Source: Nitrososphaerota archaeon (GTDB lineage Archaea; Thermoproteota; Nitrososphaeria; PSMU01). Taken from it: a stretch of 64,000 bases of DNA. The translations under genes were made by a program, and so were the position numbers. Where the stretch lies: NCBI GenBank assembly GCA_040290255.1, contig PSMU01000001.1, positions 198,723 through 262,722 of the forward strand, written 5' to 3'. Shown in pieces: positions 27,935-37,380 of the stretch (positions are counted from its first letter, which is position 1; the number at the start of each line of letters is the position of its first letter). The notes beneath the pieces are model-generated. The model made no database searches and had not been told where the DNA came from. It worked only from the letters and a program-made list of their open reading frames with translations.

Positions 27935-29500
27935 GTGGCAAGGGAGGACCTGCTCGACCGCCTCAAGGCGCTGGCCAGGATCGTGGAGGAGGGCATCGAC
28001 CCCTATCCTCACAGCTTCACGCCCACCCACGCCATAGCCGAGATAAGGAGGGCCAACCAGGGCGAGCTAAGGCTGAAGGGCCCGCTCGCGACCGCGGGGA
28101 GGGTGATGGCCATCAGGAGGCACGGGAAGGTGCTCTTCGCGGACCTGCTGGATGAAGGCGAGCGGCTTCAGATCTACCTCACCGCTGAGCGGCTGGGCGA
28201 CAGGTATTCCTGGTTCCTCAGGAACATCAACAGGGGCGACTTCCTGGGCGTAAGGGGCGAGCTCTTCTTCACGCAGAAGGGCGAGCTCACGCTGAATGTG
28301 GATGAGTACGTGCTGCTGGCCAAGTCCCTGCTCGAGCTGCCCAGCAAGTGGCATGGGCTCAGGGACGTGGAGGAGAGGTACAGGAAGAGGTACCTGGACC
28401 TACTGCTGAACGGCGAGGCCAGAAGGATCCTGCTGGTGCGCTTCTCGCTCATCAGGGAGCTCAGGAGGCAGCTGGAGGCCCGTGGGTTCATAGAGGTCGA
28501 GACGCCCATCCTCCAGCCCCTCTATGGAGGGGCCGCGGCCCGCCCCTTCAGGACGACGATAAGGGCCCTGGGCGAGGAGTGGTACCTGAGGATCTCGGAG
28601 GAGCTGCCGCTGAAGAAGCTGCTGGTGGCGGGCTTCGATAGGGTCTACGAGATAGGGAAGGTCTTCAGGAACGAAGACATAGACGTCATGCACAACCCCG
28701 AGTTCACGATGCTGGAGGCCTACCAGGCCTATGCGGACTACAACGACATGATGAGGCTCGCCGAGGAGGTGCTCTGCGCCGCCATCAGGGGCGTGCTGGG
28801 GGGCTATAGGGTGAGCTGGATGGGCAAGGAGCTGGACTTCACGCCGCCCTGGCGGCGCATAAGGCTCTACGAGGCCCTCGAGAAGTACGCCGGCGTGCGC
28901 GCCCAGGAGGCGGCGGAGGAGGAGCTGCGCTCGCTCCTCAGGCAGAAGGGGCTCGAGGCGCCCAGCGAGATGCCCCGGGGGCTCCTGCTGGAGAAGGTCT
29001 TCGACCTCTACTGCAGGCCTCAGCTGCTGAACCCCACCTTCGTGCTCGACTATCCTCGTGAGACGACGCCGCTCTGCAAGCCCCATAGGGCCCAGCCGGG
29101 GCTCGTGGAGCGCTTCGAGCTGTTCGCGGGCGGGCTCGAGCTGGCCAACGCCTACAGCGAGCTGAACAATCCGCTGCTGCAGCACAGGTTCTTCCTGGAG
29201 GAGCAGAGGATACATGCGGCGGAGGTGGAGATGGCCCACCGCTATGACGCGGACTTCGTGGAGGCGCTGATGTACGGCATGCCGCCCGCCGGCGGCATCG
29301 GAATAGGCATCGACAGGCTGGCCATGCTGCTGGCCGGGGCCCCGAGCATAAAGGAGGTGCTGCTGGCGCCCATCATGAAGAGGGTCCTCAATCCATCGCC
29401 CTTCGAGGGCGTAGAGGTGGAGGAGCTGACGCGCAAGTTCTTAAAGGAGGCGCCCCCGCTCAGGCCAGGGACGGGCCAGTGGTCTAGCCTGGTAGGATGA
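27935..29500 (+). CDS. lysS: lysyl-tRNA synthetase, class II
   Basis: Anticodon-binding OB domain plus class II motifs (KVFRNEDIDVMHNPEFTMLEAYQAY, GGIGIGIDRLAML); GTG start; last 28 nt overlap tRNA-Val. Confidence 0.9.
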   Translation: MAREDLLDRLKALARIVEEGIDPYPHSFTPTHAIAEIRRANQGELRLKGPLATAGRVMAIRRHGKVLFADLLDEGERLQIYLTAERLGDRYSWFLRNINRGDFLGVRGELFFTQKGELTLNVDEYVLLAKSLLELPSKWHGLRDVEERYRKRYLDLLLNGEARRILLVRFSLIRELRRQLEARGFIEVETPILQPLYGGAAARPFRTTIRALGEEWYLRISEELPLKKLLVAGFDRVYEIGKVFRNEDIDVMHNPEFTMLEAYQAYADYNDMMRLAEEVLCAAIRGVLGGYRVSWMGKELDFTPPWRRIRLYEALEKYAGVRAQEAAEEELRSLLRQKGLEAPSEMPRGLLLEKVFDLYCRPQLLNPTFVLDYPRETTPLCKPHRAQPGLVERFELFAGGLELANAYSELNNPLLQHRFFLEEQRIHAAEVEMAHRYDADFVEALMYGMPPAGGIGIGIDRLAMLLAGAPSIKEVLLAPIMKRVLNPSPFEGVEVEELTRKFLKEAPPLRPGTGQWSSLVG

Positions 29501-29546
29501 CGCCCTTACACGGCGTTGGTCGCCGGTTCAAATCCGGCCTGGCCCA
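29473..29546 (+). tRNA. tRNA-Val (TAC), intron-less
   Basis: Acceptor GGGCCAG / CTGGCCC, anticodon arm ACGCC-CTTACAC-GGCGT, T-arm GCCGG-TTCAAAT-CCGGC; 74 nt; CCA not encoded. Confidence 0.8.
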
Positions 29547-29551
29547 CCCGC

Positions 29552-29941
29552 CTATGGCTCCTCCGCAAGGACCTCGCGCAGCTCCTGGGCGCTGCCCCTC
29601 AGCACGAGCTCCAGGGCGTTCTCCTGGCCCGGGGTGAGGCGCCCCCTCAGCAGCTCATCCTTGCGCAGCCGCAGGACCAGCTCGGCCCTGCCGGCCTCGA
29701 CCTCCTGCCTGAGCGCCCGGCGCAGGTCCTGGGGCAGCGCCCTCAGCAGCCTCAGCGCCAGGGCCCTGGCCCCCTGGCCCCTCAGCTCGGCGGTGTAGTA
29801 GAGGATGGGGTTGCCGAAGTGTCCCTGAAGCCTTTGTAGCCGCAGCTCCTGCGGAGGGAGGCCCAGCCCGCTCCTGAGCGCGGCCAACACCCTCGGCTCG
29901 TCCTCGGTGGCGTGCAAGATGAGCGAAAGCCTTATCCTCAC
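29552..29941 (-). CDS. conserved hypothetical protein, ~129 aa (start unresolved)
   Basis: C-terminal 129 aa of track ORF 29552..30175 look protein-like (VRIRLSLILHATEDEPRVLAAL ...); upstream part is low-complexity and would overlap kae1; GTG at 29941 sits ~30 nt downstream of a TAATAAA box on the minus strand. Confidence 0.4.
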   Translation of the reverse strand: MRIRLSLILHATEDEPRVLAALRSGLGLPPQELRLQRLQGHFGNPILYYTAELRGQGARALALRLLRALPQDLRRALRQEVEAGRAELVLRLRKDELLRGRLTPGQENALELVLRGSAQELREVLAEEP

Positions 29942-30013
29942 AGCGCCGGCTCTGCCGCTTGGGGGCCCAGAGCCTTTATTAGCTTTGAGAGGGCCCGGGG
30001 GGAGAAGGCGAGG
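29942..30013. promoter_or_regulatory. bidirectional promoter region (AT-rich TATA-like element)
   Basis: cctttattagctttgagagg between the minus-strand hypothetical gene and kae1. Confidence 0.35.
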
Positions 30014-31030
30014 ATGGCCCTTATGCTTCTGGGCATCGAGTCGACCGCCCACACCTTTGGCGTGAGCGTCGTGGAGGCCGAGGGCAATGAGGGCCGCATC
30101 CTGAGCGACGTCAAGGAGGTCTACAAGGCCAAGCCCGGCTCGGGCATAGAGCCGGGGGAGGCGGCGCAGCACCATGCGGCCGTGGCCCCGGGGCTGCTCG
30201 CGCGGGCCCTTAGGGCGGCGGGGACCTCGGTGAAGGATCTTGCCGCCGTGGCCTACTCGGCCGGCCCCGGCCTGGGCCCCTGCCTAAGGGTGGGCGCCAC
30301 CGTGGCCAGGGCGCTGGGACTCTACTATCGTAAGCCGCTGGTGCCCGTGCACCACGCAATAGGGCACATCGAGCTGGGCTGCCTGCTCACGGGCGCGCGT
30401 AACCCCATCGTGCTGCTCGTGACCGGAGGGCACACGGCGATCCTGCTCTTCTCGTCCGGCAGGTGGAGGATCTTCGGCCAGACGCTCGACATAACGGTGG
30501 GCAAGCTCTTCGACCAGTTCGGCAGGGAGGTGGGCCTGAGCAGGCCGGAGCTCGCGGGCTTTGGGGGGCCCTCCATCGAGGCCCAGGCCGGGCGCTCCTC
30601 CGCGTACCATGAGCTGCCGTACAGCGTGAAGGGTAACGACGTGTCTTTTTCCGGCCTGCTCACGGAGGCCCTGAGGCTCTGGAGGGGCGGCGTGCCGCTG
30701 GAGGAGGTCTGCTTCTCCCTTCAGGAGACGGCCTTTGCGATGCTGGCCGAGGTGGTCGAGAGGGCGCTGGCCTTCACGGGGCTCAGGGAGCTGCTGCTCG
30801 TGGGCGGCGTGGCCGCGAACGAAAGGCTGAGGGCCATGATGCAGGGGGTGGCGAGGCGCTATTCGGCCTCCTGCTATGCGATCCCAGCGCAGTATGCGGG
30901 GGACTGCGGGGCCCAGATCGCCTGGGCGGGGGCCCTGGCGCTGGCCTCGGGCATGAAGGTGAAGCCCGAAGAGGCCTTCGTCCGGCAGGCCTGGAGGATC
31001 GACAGGGTGGCGGTCCCATGGAGAGGCTGA
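30014..31030 (+). CDS. kae1: tRNA N6-adenosine threonylcarbamoyltransferase Kae1
   Basis: MALMLLGIESTAHTFGVSVVE start, metal-binding HHAIGHIE; track start 29912 rejected as it reads through the promoter. Confidence 0.9.
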   Translation: MALMLLGIESTAHTFGVSVVEAEGNEGRILSDVKEVYKAKPGSGIEPGEAAQHHAAVAPGLLARALRAAGTSVKDLAAVAYSAGPGLGPCLRVGATVARALGLYYRKPLVPVHHAIGHIELGCLLTGARNPIVLLVTGGHTAILLFSSGRWRIFGQTLDITVGKLFDQFGREVGLSRPELAGFGGPSIEAQAGRSSAYHELPYSVKGNDVSFSGLLTEALRLWRGGVPLEEVCFSLQETAFAMLAEVVERALAFTGLRELLLVGGVAANERLRAMMQGVARRYSASCYAIPAQYAGDCGAQIAWAGALALASGMKVKPEEAFVRQAWRIDRVAVPWRG

Positions 31031-31650
31031 TGGCCAGGGGGGCGGAGGCGGACCTCTTCTTGGGCCGCTGGCTGGGCCACGAGGCGGTGGTGAAGGTGCG
31101 GCCGCCGAGGGGCTATAGGCATGAGCGGCTCGATGTGGCGCTACGTGCCAGGAGGACGCTGAGGGAGGCCGAGCTGCTGGTGGCGGCGAAGCTCGCAGGG
31201 GTGCCCACGCCGCAGCTCTTCTTCGTTGACGCGAAGGGCATGAAGCTGGTGATGGGCAGGGTGAAGGGGAGGCGCCTGAAGGAGCTGTTGGAGAGGAGCC
31301 CCTCCAGGGCCCTTCCGCTCTTCCAGCAGCTGGGCCGCCATGTGGCCCTTCTGCACAGGAGCGGCATAATGCACGGCGACCTGACCACGAGCAACGTCTT
31401 CGTGAGCGATGACGGCGTGCTCGTGCTCATCGACTTCGGCCTCTCCTACCGCTCACAGAGGGAGGAGGATATGGCCGTGGACATACACCTCTTAAAATCC
31501 GTGCTGGAGGGGGCCCACACGAGGAGCGCGCGGAGGGCCTTCTCGCTCTTCATGAAGGGCTATGCCGAGCTGCTGGGCGATGCGGCGCCGCGCATCCTAA
31601 AGCGCGTCTCCGAGATCGAGAGGAGGGGAAGGTATGCGAGGGAGGGATAG
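31018..31650 (+). CDS. bud32: KEOPS kinase Bud32
   Basis: Small atypical kinase (GAEADLF ... MHGDLTTSNVFV ... LIDFGLS); separate ORF overlapping kae1 by 13 nt. Confidence 0.85.
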   Translation: MERLMARGAEADLFLGRWLGHEAVVKVRPPRGYRHERLDVALRARRTLREAELLVAAKLAGVPTPQLFFVDAKGMKLVMGRVKGRRLKELLERSPSRALPLFQQLGRHVALLHRSGIMHGDLTTSNVFVSDDGVLVLIDFGLSYRSQREEDMAVDIHLLKSVLEGAHTRSARRAFSLFMKGYAELLGDAAPRILKRVSEIERRGRYAREG

Positions 31651-32218
31651 CGCCGGCCGCGCCGTGCTCTATCTATCGCGCAACGCCCACAAGTATGAGG
31701 AGGCCAGGGCGCTGCTGGGGCAGGCCGTGAAGCTCGCCTTCAGGCCGATGTCCTTCGTGGAGCCCCAGCTGCTCAGCGTGAGGGCGGTGGCGCTTCACAA
31801 GGCCAGGCAGGCCGCGGTCCGCATTAAGGGCCCCTTTTTGGTGGAGGACTCGGGCCTGTATGTAGCGGCGCTGCGCGGCTTTCCGGGCGCGCTCTCATCG
31901 CCCGTCTTCTCGCTGCTGGGCAACGAGGGGCTGCTGAGGCTGCTGAAGGGGGAGCGCGACAGGAGGGCCGTCTTCAGGGCCTGTGTGGTCTATGGCGAGG
32001 GGGGCAGGCCCGTGAGGCTCTTCTGCGGCAGCGTTACGGGCAAGATCGCCCAGGAGCCCCGGGGCTCGGGCGGCTTCGGCTTCGACCCCATCTTCGTGCC
32101 CAGGGGAAGCGCGAGCACCTTCGCGGAGATGCCTTTGGAGCTGAAGAACAGGCTCTCGCACCGCGCGAGGGCCCTGCGCCGCTTCGCGGCCTGGTTCGGG
32201 GCTAGGGAAAGTTTATGA
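31634..32218 (+). CDS. non-canonical purine NTP pyrophosphatase (HAM1/RdgB family)
   Basis: GFGFDPIFVP and the overall HAM1 pattern. Confidence 0.8.
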   Translation: MRGRDSAGRAVLYLSRNAHKYEEARALLGQAVKLAFRPMSFVEPQLLSVRAVALHKARQAAVRIKGPFLVEDSGLYVAALRGFPGALSSPVFSLLGNEGLLRLLKGERDRRAVFRACVVYGEGGRPVRLFCGSVTGKIAQEPRGSGGFGFDPIFVPRGSASTFAEMPLELKNRLSHRARALRRFAAWFGARESL

Positions 32219-32242
32219 ACTGAGCACACCCCCGTCGCCCAG

Positions 32243-32692
32243 ATGGCGCGAACTCACGCTCATAGGAGGGGGCAGTCCCACTCGAAGCGCCCGCCTTATC
32301 CAAAGGAACCCAGCTGGCTCACCTATAGCAAGGAGGAGGTGGTGGGCCTGATCCTCAAGCTGGCAAAGCAGGGCCTGGGCCCCAGCGAGATAGGGCGCAG
32401 GCTGCGCGATGAACACGGCATCCCGCTGGTCAAGCCCATCGTGGGCAAGACCGTGACCGAGGTGCTCAAAGAGGAGGGACTCGCGCCGCCGCTCCCGGAG
32501 GACCTGAGCAGCCTGATGCAGAAGGCCAACAGGATTCAGGAGCACCTGAGCAGGCATAGGGGGGACAGGAGGAGCGTGCACAACCTGGAGCTCGTGGAGG
32601 CCAGGATTCATCGCCTTGCCAAGTACTATAAGAGGGAGGGCATCCTGCCTCAGGACTGGAAGTTCAAGCCCACGATAGCCCAGCTGGAGTAA
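32243..32692 (+). CDS. rps15: 30S ribosomal protein S15 (uS15)
   Basis: MARTHAHRRGQSHSKRPPYPKEPSWLTYSKEEV ... HLSRHRGDRRSVHNLELVEARIHRLAKYY. Confidence 0.9.
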   Translation: MARTHAHRRGQSHSKRPPYPKEPSWLTYSKEEVVGLILKLAKQGLGPSEIGRRLRDEHGIPLVKPIVGKTVTEVLKEEGLAPPLPEDLSSLMQKANRIQEHLSRHRGDRRSVHNLELVEARIHRLAKYYKREGILPQDWKFKPTIAQLE

Positions 32693-32693
32693 G

Positions 32694-34127
32694 ATGGGCG
32701 ATCCCAAGGCCCTGGCCGAGGCCGCCGAGGAGGCCGCGGAGCTCCTCCTACGCCAGGTGAGGAGGGGCAGGCGGCTCATCATAGTCGGCCACCTCGATGC
32801 CGATGGGCTCACCAGCAGCAGCCTGCTCGCGAAGGCCATCTACGGCGAGGGGGGCCACTTTCACCTGACCATCGTCAGCGACCTCACGCCCCAGCTCGTG
32901 CGCACGCTGGCGAAGGATGAGAGGGGCTTCTACGTCTTCGTGGACCTGGGCGCGGGCCTGGCCAAGGACCTGCAGGAGAACTTCGGGGATAGGTGGCTGG
33001 TCATAGACCATCACGAGCCCCCCGAGGAGGAGCGCGCGCTGCCCTCCGTCTTCAACTGCTGGAAGTACGGCTATGATGGCGGGGAGGAGGCCTGCTCGGC
33101 CACGATGGCGTACTTGGTGGCCAAGGCCCTGAGGGCCAGGAACCAGGGCGAGGCATGGCTGCCTGTGCTGGGCGCGCTGGCGGACAGGCAGGATAGGGGC
33201 GAGGGGGGCTCGCTGATATCGCTGAACAGGGCCGCGCTGGAGGAGGCGCAGCAGTACAGGCCCGACGGCGCCACGCCCCTTCTTCACATGTCGAGGGACC
33301 TCCTGCTGCCCGGCAGGGAGACGAGGCCGGTGCATGAAGCGCTGGCCGCGCTCACGCTTCCCTACCTGCCCAACCTCTCGGGCAACAGGGATGCCTGCTA
33401 CTCGGCCCTAAAGGCGGCGGGCCTGAGGCTGAAGGAGGGCGAGAGGTGGCGCGTGCTGGCCGAGCTGACCGAGGACGAGAAGAAGCTGCTGCTGGATACT
33501 ATATTGGCCCACGTGCAGGTGGAGGGGAGCAAGGACTGGCTCCTGCAGGAGCTGGTGGGCGAGGTCTACACGCTGCTGTACGAGGATAGGTTCACGCCCC
33601 TAAGGGATGCGAGGGAGTTCTCCACGCTGCTGAACGCCTGCGGCAGGACGAGGCGCCACTCGCTGGGCGTGGCGCTCTGCATGGGCGACAGGGGGCCCGC
33701 CATGAACGAGGCCGTGAGGGCGCTGCGCGAGTACAGGCAGACGATCACGGGGACCGTGGCCCAGCTCACATCGCTTCCCGAGAAGGTCATCGAGAGGGGC
33801 CCCCTCGCGCAGGTCATAGGCGATGGCATCGTAACGGAGGAGATGACGGGCGTGATCGCCTCCGTGCTCAGCTCGCTGCCCCGCTTCGCCAGGAGCTTCC
33901 TGTTGCTCAGGAGCGCCACGGTGGACGGCGACATAAAGCTCTCGATAAGGGCGCCCTACCTCTCGCCGACCCGCGTGAACCTGGGCCAGGTGATGAGGGA
34001 GGCGGCGCAGAAGGTGGGCGGCATAGGCGGGGGCCATGCGAGGGCCGCGGGGGCCCGCATCCCCTTCTTCGCCTATGACAAGTTCGCGCGCGAGGTGGCC
34101 TCATGGCTGGAGGGCCATGCGCCATAG
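32694..34127 (+). CDS. DHH/DHHA1-family phosphoesterase (archaeal RecJ-like nuclease)
   Basis: DHH motif region (IVGHLDADGLTSSS, VIDHHEP) and C-terminal GGGHARAAG (DHHA1). Confidence 0.8.
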   Translation: MGDPKALAEAAEEAAELLLRQVRRGRRLIIVGHLDADGLTSSSLLAKAIYGEGGHFHLTIVSDLTPQLVRTLAKDERGFYVFVDLGAGLAKDLQENFGDRWLVIDHHEPPEEERALPSVFNCWKYGYDGGEEACSATMAYLVAKALRARNQGEAWLPVLGALADRQDRGEGGSLISLNRAALEEAQQYRPDGATPLLHMSRDLLLPGRETRPVHEALAALTLPYLPNLSGNRDACYSALKAAGLRLKEGERWRVLAELTEDEKKLLLDTILAHVQVEGSKDWLLQELVGEVYTLLYEDRFTPLRDAREFSTLLNACGRTRRHSLGVALCMGDRGPAMNEAVRALREYRQTITGTVAQLTSLPEKVIERGPLAQVIGDGIVTEEMTGVIASVLSSLPRFARSFLLLRSATVDGDIKLSIRAPYLSPTRVNLGQVMREAAQKVGGIGGGHARAAGARIPFFAYDKFAREVASWLEGHAP

Positions 34128-34374
34128 GGCCAGGCTCGAGGTCCTCCTGGGCGCCAGGGAGGCCCGCGCGGTGGTGGGCGCACTCAGGCCCTCGAATGTC
34201 CGCCTCCCGGAGGGCATGAGGATAGCGATGGGCGCGCGGAGGGGGCGGCTCGAGGTGCGCATAGGCATGAGGGATGGGCTCTTCACGCTTCTTTCCACGC
34301 TGAACGAGCTGCTGGCGGAGGCCGAAGCGGCCTGGCGGGCGCTGCTCGTGGCCAAGGAGGCCAAGCTTAAGTAA
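34117..34374 (+). CDS. pcc1: probable KEOPS subunit Pcc1 (85 aa)
   Basis: ARLEVLLGAREARAVVGALRPSNVRLPEGMRIAMGARRGRLEVRIGMRDGLFTLLSTLNELL fits the Pcc1 pattern as I recall it; ATG at 34117 within track ORF 34036..34374. Confidence 0.5.
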   Translation: MRHRARLEVLLGAREARAVVGALRPSNVRLPEGMRIAMGARRGRLEVRIGMRDGLFTLLSTLNELLAEAEAAWRALLVAKEAKLK

Positions 34375-34401
34375 AGGCGCCAGGTCGGGAGCGCGGTCGC
34401 T

Positions 34402-35052
34402 ATGGCCGCCTCACAGGCTAAGCGCATGAGGGAGAAGTGGAGGGAGAAGGTCTGGCTGTGGGTCAAGGCCCCTCCGGCCTTCGGCGAGAAGCCCATCGCC
34501 TACATCCCGGTCACGAGCGTGGAGCGCGCCGTGGGCCGCGTGATAGAGACCACGCTCTTCGACATCACGCAGGAGGACCCCCAGCACTACCAGCTGAAGC
34601 TCTACTTTCAGGTCACGAAGGTGGAGGACCACGTGGCCAGCACCATCTTCAAGGGCTACGAGTACGCGCGCGAGTACCTCAGGAGCCTGGTCAAGCGAGG
34701 ATCGTCGCTGGTGGACTTTATCCGCGACTATACCACGAGGGATGGCTACAGGGTACGGCTCTACTTCACGGCCTTCACGGAGCGGAGGGTCAACTCCTCT
34801 AAGAAGCGCGCCATCAGGAGGGCGGCCCACGGGGTGCTGAGCGAGCGCGTGCCCAACATGAGCTATGATCAGCTCGCCCAGGAGGTCGTGCTGGGCAAGC
34901 TCGCCTCGGACATCCTGAAGGAGGCTAAGAAGTTCGCGGCGCTGAGGCATGTGGGCATAAGGAAGTGTAAGCTGGTGGAGGCCCCCCAGCCCGCGCCCAT
35001 GGGCGAGGAGGTGCGCGCGGAGGCGCCGGCGGCTGAGGGCGCAAGCCCTTAA
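34402..35052 (+). CDS. rps3ae: 30S ribosomal protein S3Ae (eS1)
   Basis: KWREKVWLWVKAPPAFGEKPIAYIPV N-terminus and S3Ae-type body. Confidence 0.85.
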   Translation: MAASQAKRMREKWREKVWLWVKAPPAFGEKPIAYIPVTSVERAVGRVIETTLFDITQEDPQHYQLKLYFQVTKVEDHVASTIFKGYEYAREYLRSLVKRGSSLVDFIRDYTTRDGYRVRLYFTAFTERRVNSSKKRAIRRAAHGVLSERVPNMSYDQLAQEVVLGKLASDILKEAKKFAALRHVGIRKCKLVEAPQPAPMGEEVRAEAPAAEGASP

Positions 35053-35073
35053 ACGCCCGCCGCCAGGAAGCGC

Positions 35074-36342
35074 GTGTCCCGCGTGGCGGTCGTGGGGGGA
35101 GGGCTCGCGGGCGTCGCCGCGGCCCAGGCCCTGCTGCGGGCAGGGGAGGAGGTGGACCTATATGAAAGGGGCGGCCTAATAGGGGTTGACTGGTCGCTCC
35201 TGCCATATCTGCTGTACAGCGGCCAGGGCGCGCCCGAGGGCCCCTCGCTACAGGTTCCTGCCGCCCAAGAGCTGCCGCGCCGCCCCGAGGCCAGGCTGCT
35301 GCTGGGGCACAGCGTGATGGAGGTAAGGAGGAGCGGCAACGGGTACCTGCTCCGGCACTCCTCGCGCGGCGCCATGGGGGAGGCCTTCTACGAGAGGGTC
35401 ATCATCGCCACGGGCGCCCGGCCCAGGCAGAGGGCCGAACAGAGGAGGCACCTGTACCGCGCCGACGTGCCCGAGCACGTGGCGGAGTTCGTGAGGGAGA
35501 GGGAGGGCTTCGCGAGGGTGGCCGTGCGCGGCGACTCCCCTCCCTCGCTGGCCGCTGCCCTTGGTTTGCGCGAGAGGGGACTGGATGTGCTCTACATAGG
35601 CGCCAGGCCGCTGCTGCGCGGCCATGCCGATGCGGCGCTGGCCCCCCTGCTGGAGGAGGCCTGCAGGGCCGGCGGGCTCAGGGTGCTCACGCCGCGCCTC
35701 AGCTTTAGGGTACTGGGCAAGGGGCGCGTGGAGGCGGTGCAGGTGGATGCCGAGGTGGTGCCCTGCGACTGCGTGCTGGAGTTCCCCTCTTACTTGCCCG
35801 AGACGCAGCCGCTGGAGGGCCTGGACCTCCGGCTGGGCCCCTTCGGCATAACGGTGAGCGAGGCGATGGAGGCGGGCCCCGGCCTTTGGGCGGCGGGCAG
35901 GTGCATCTGCCTGGAGGATGGCACGCGCAGCCTCTACTCACCCTCCTTCAGCTACATCACGGGACACATAGCGGGCCTCCGCGCGGCCGGCCTGCGCCTT
36001 GCCGCCCCCTCCCTCGAGCCCGTGGAGGCCTGGAGGCTGGGCATGCTGGAGCTGGCCTTCGCGGGCTCCAGGCCCAAGGGACCCCCCCTCGCCAGAAAAT
36101 TCCTCACGATCAGGCCCTCCCTGGGCGAGGGGGGCGTCCGGGGCGTGGCCCTGCTGAAGGGGGGCCTGGTGAAGAGGGTTGAGCTGCTGGGCAGGGGGGC
36201 CCTCGCCTGGGCGCGCTGGTGCTCCCCGCTCATCTCCAGGGGGATAAGCTATGAGGAGCTGGCCCTCTGCGAATGGGGACACGTGCCCTACGAGAGCAGC
36301 CTCCCGTTATTATCCGCTTCCCTCAGCCCTGGCCGCCCTTAG
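35074..36342 (+). CDS. FAD/NAD(P)-binding oxidoreductase (pyridine nucleotide-disulfide oxidoreductase-like, divergent)
   Basis: Rossmann dinucleotide motif VAVVGGGLAGVAAAQALLRAGEEVDLYE and VIIATGARP; otherwise divergent; convergent with nuoC. Confidence 0.6.
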   Translation: MSRVAVVGGGLAGVAAAQALLRAGEEVDLYERGGLIGVDWSLLPYLLYSGQGAPEGPSLQVPAAQELPRRPEARLLLGHSVMEVRRSGNGYLLRHSSRGAMGEAFYERVIIATGARPRQRAEQRRHLYRADVPEHVAEFVREREGFARVAVRGDSPPSLAAALGLRERGLDVLYIGARPLLRGHADAALAPLLEEACRAGGLRVLTPRLSFRVLGKGRVEAVQVDAEVVPCDCVLEFPSYLPETQPLEGLDLRLGPFGITVSEAMEAGPGLWAAGRCICLEDGTRSLYSPSFSYITGHIAGLRAAGLRLAAPSLEPVEAWRLGMLELAFAGSRPKGPPLARKFLTIRPSLGEGGVRGVALLKGGLVKRVELLGRGALAWARWCSPLISRGISYEELALCEWGHVPYESSLPLLSASLSPGRP

Positions 36343-36868
36343 CTTCGCCCTCGCCCAGCGTGAGCCCGTGCTCGGCCCTCTCCTCTTCATGCCACTTCCT
36401 GAGCTGAAAGTCCTTGCGAAGCGGCGGCAGGTCGTTCCAGTCCTCCGGCAGGAGCAGGCGGCGCAGGTCCGGGTGGCCCTCGAAGGAGATGCCCAGCATC
36501 TCGAACTGCTCCCTCTCATGGTACTCCGCGCCCGGCCAGATCGCCACCAGGCTCGGCGCCCTGGGCTGCGCGCGGTTTAGCCTCGTGGCCAGCAGCACCA
36601 CGGCCCTTCTCCACTCATCGCTGGAGACCGTGCCCACGACGTACGTGAGCTCGATCTCGCCGGCCTTTGGGTAGTCGGTGCCGGTGATCATGTGCAGGTG
36701 GTCAAAGCCCAGCTCCTTGAGCAGGGCCGCCGCCTCCTTCAGGTGCTCCTGCTTAACCTCCACCTTGACCCTGTTACGATGCGGCGAGCTCACCCTTAGC
36801 GCCCGGGCCCCCAGCCTCTCCGCCAGCAGCTGGCCCAGCCGCGCCTCCAGCGCGCCCTGCTGGCTCAT
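36323..36868 (-). CDS. nuoC: complex I-like subunit C (NuoC, 30 kDa subunit)
   Basis: HEREQFEMLGISFEGHPDLRRLLLPEDW is the NuoC signature region. Confidence 0.85.
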   Translation of the reverse strand: MSQQGALEARLGQLLAERLGARALRVSSPHRNRVKVEVKQEHLKEAAALLKELGFDHLHMITGTDYPKAGEIELTYVVGTVSSDEWRRAVVLLATRLNRAQPRAPSLVAIWPGAEYHEREQFEMLGISFEGHPDLRRLLLPEDWNDLPPLRKDFQLRKWHEEERAEHGLTLGEGEAKGGQG

Positions 36869-37380
36869 CCCTCCCTTTCGTGCACCATCGAGCCCTGCCG
36901 CAGCTCCGGCTGCACGTAGGGGCTTGAGGGGGCCTTAGGGGGCACGGCCAGCTCATAGGGCGTGTAGTAGAGATGGCCCCTATCGAACTCCGAGAGCTCC
37001 TGGTCGGGCGTCATCTCGAGCGCGTAGAAGGGGCAGGCGTCGACGCAGAAGCCGCAGAAGACGCACCGCCCATAATCCACGGCCGGGTAGATGCCCTTCT
37101 TGTTCTGGGGCCTCCTCTCCTCGGGCAGGGGCACCATCTCTATGGCTTGGGCGATGTTCTCGCAGGCTATGTAGCAGAGCGAGCAGCCCGTGCACTTATC
37201 CAAGTAGAGCAGGTGCCTCCCCCTCCATCCGGGAAGGCCCGCGCCCCTCTTGGGGTCAAAGGCGTAGTTCGTGGCCAGGTTGGTGAGGAAGGCCTCGGGG
37301 TAGCGCACGGTCATCCGGGGGCGCACCAGGTGCCTTATCGCGCTGCCCAGCGCCCTCACATGCTTCGCCAGCGCGCTCAC
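36865..37380 (-). CDS. nuoI: complex I-like subunit I (NuoI, 2x[4Fe-4S] ferredoxin)
   Basis: Two CxxCxxCxxxCP motifs (CTGCSLCYIACE, CVFCGFCVDACP); start set to GTG 37380 preceded by GGAGG, directly after nuoB stop; upstream part of the track ORF is low-complexity. Confidence 0.85.
   Translation of the reverse strand: MSALAKHVRALGSAIRHLVRPRMTVRYPEAFLTNLATNYAFDPKRGAGLPGWRGRHLLYLDKCTGCSLCYIACENIAQAIEMVPLPEERRPQNKKGIYPAVDYGRCVFCGFCVDACPFYALEMTPDQELSEFDRGHLYYTPYELAVPPKAPSSPYVQPELRQGSMVHEREG

Noticed and set aside
26890-28155. 421 aa plus-strand ORF
   Set aside because: Antisense to pdxT and thi4, which both have strong family signatures.
29912-30013. Upstream extension of kae1 from the track start
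   Set aside because: Would read through the AT-rich promoter; the ATG at 30014 gives the canonical Kae1 N-terminus.
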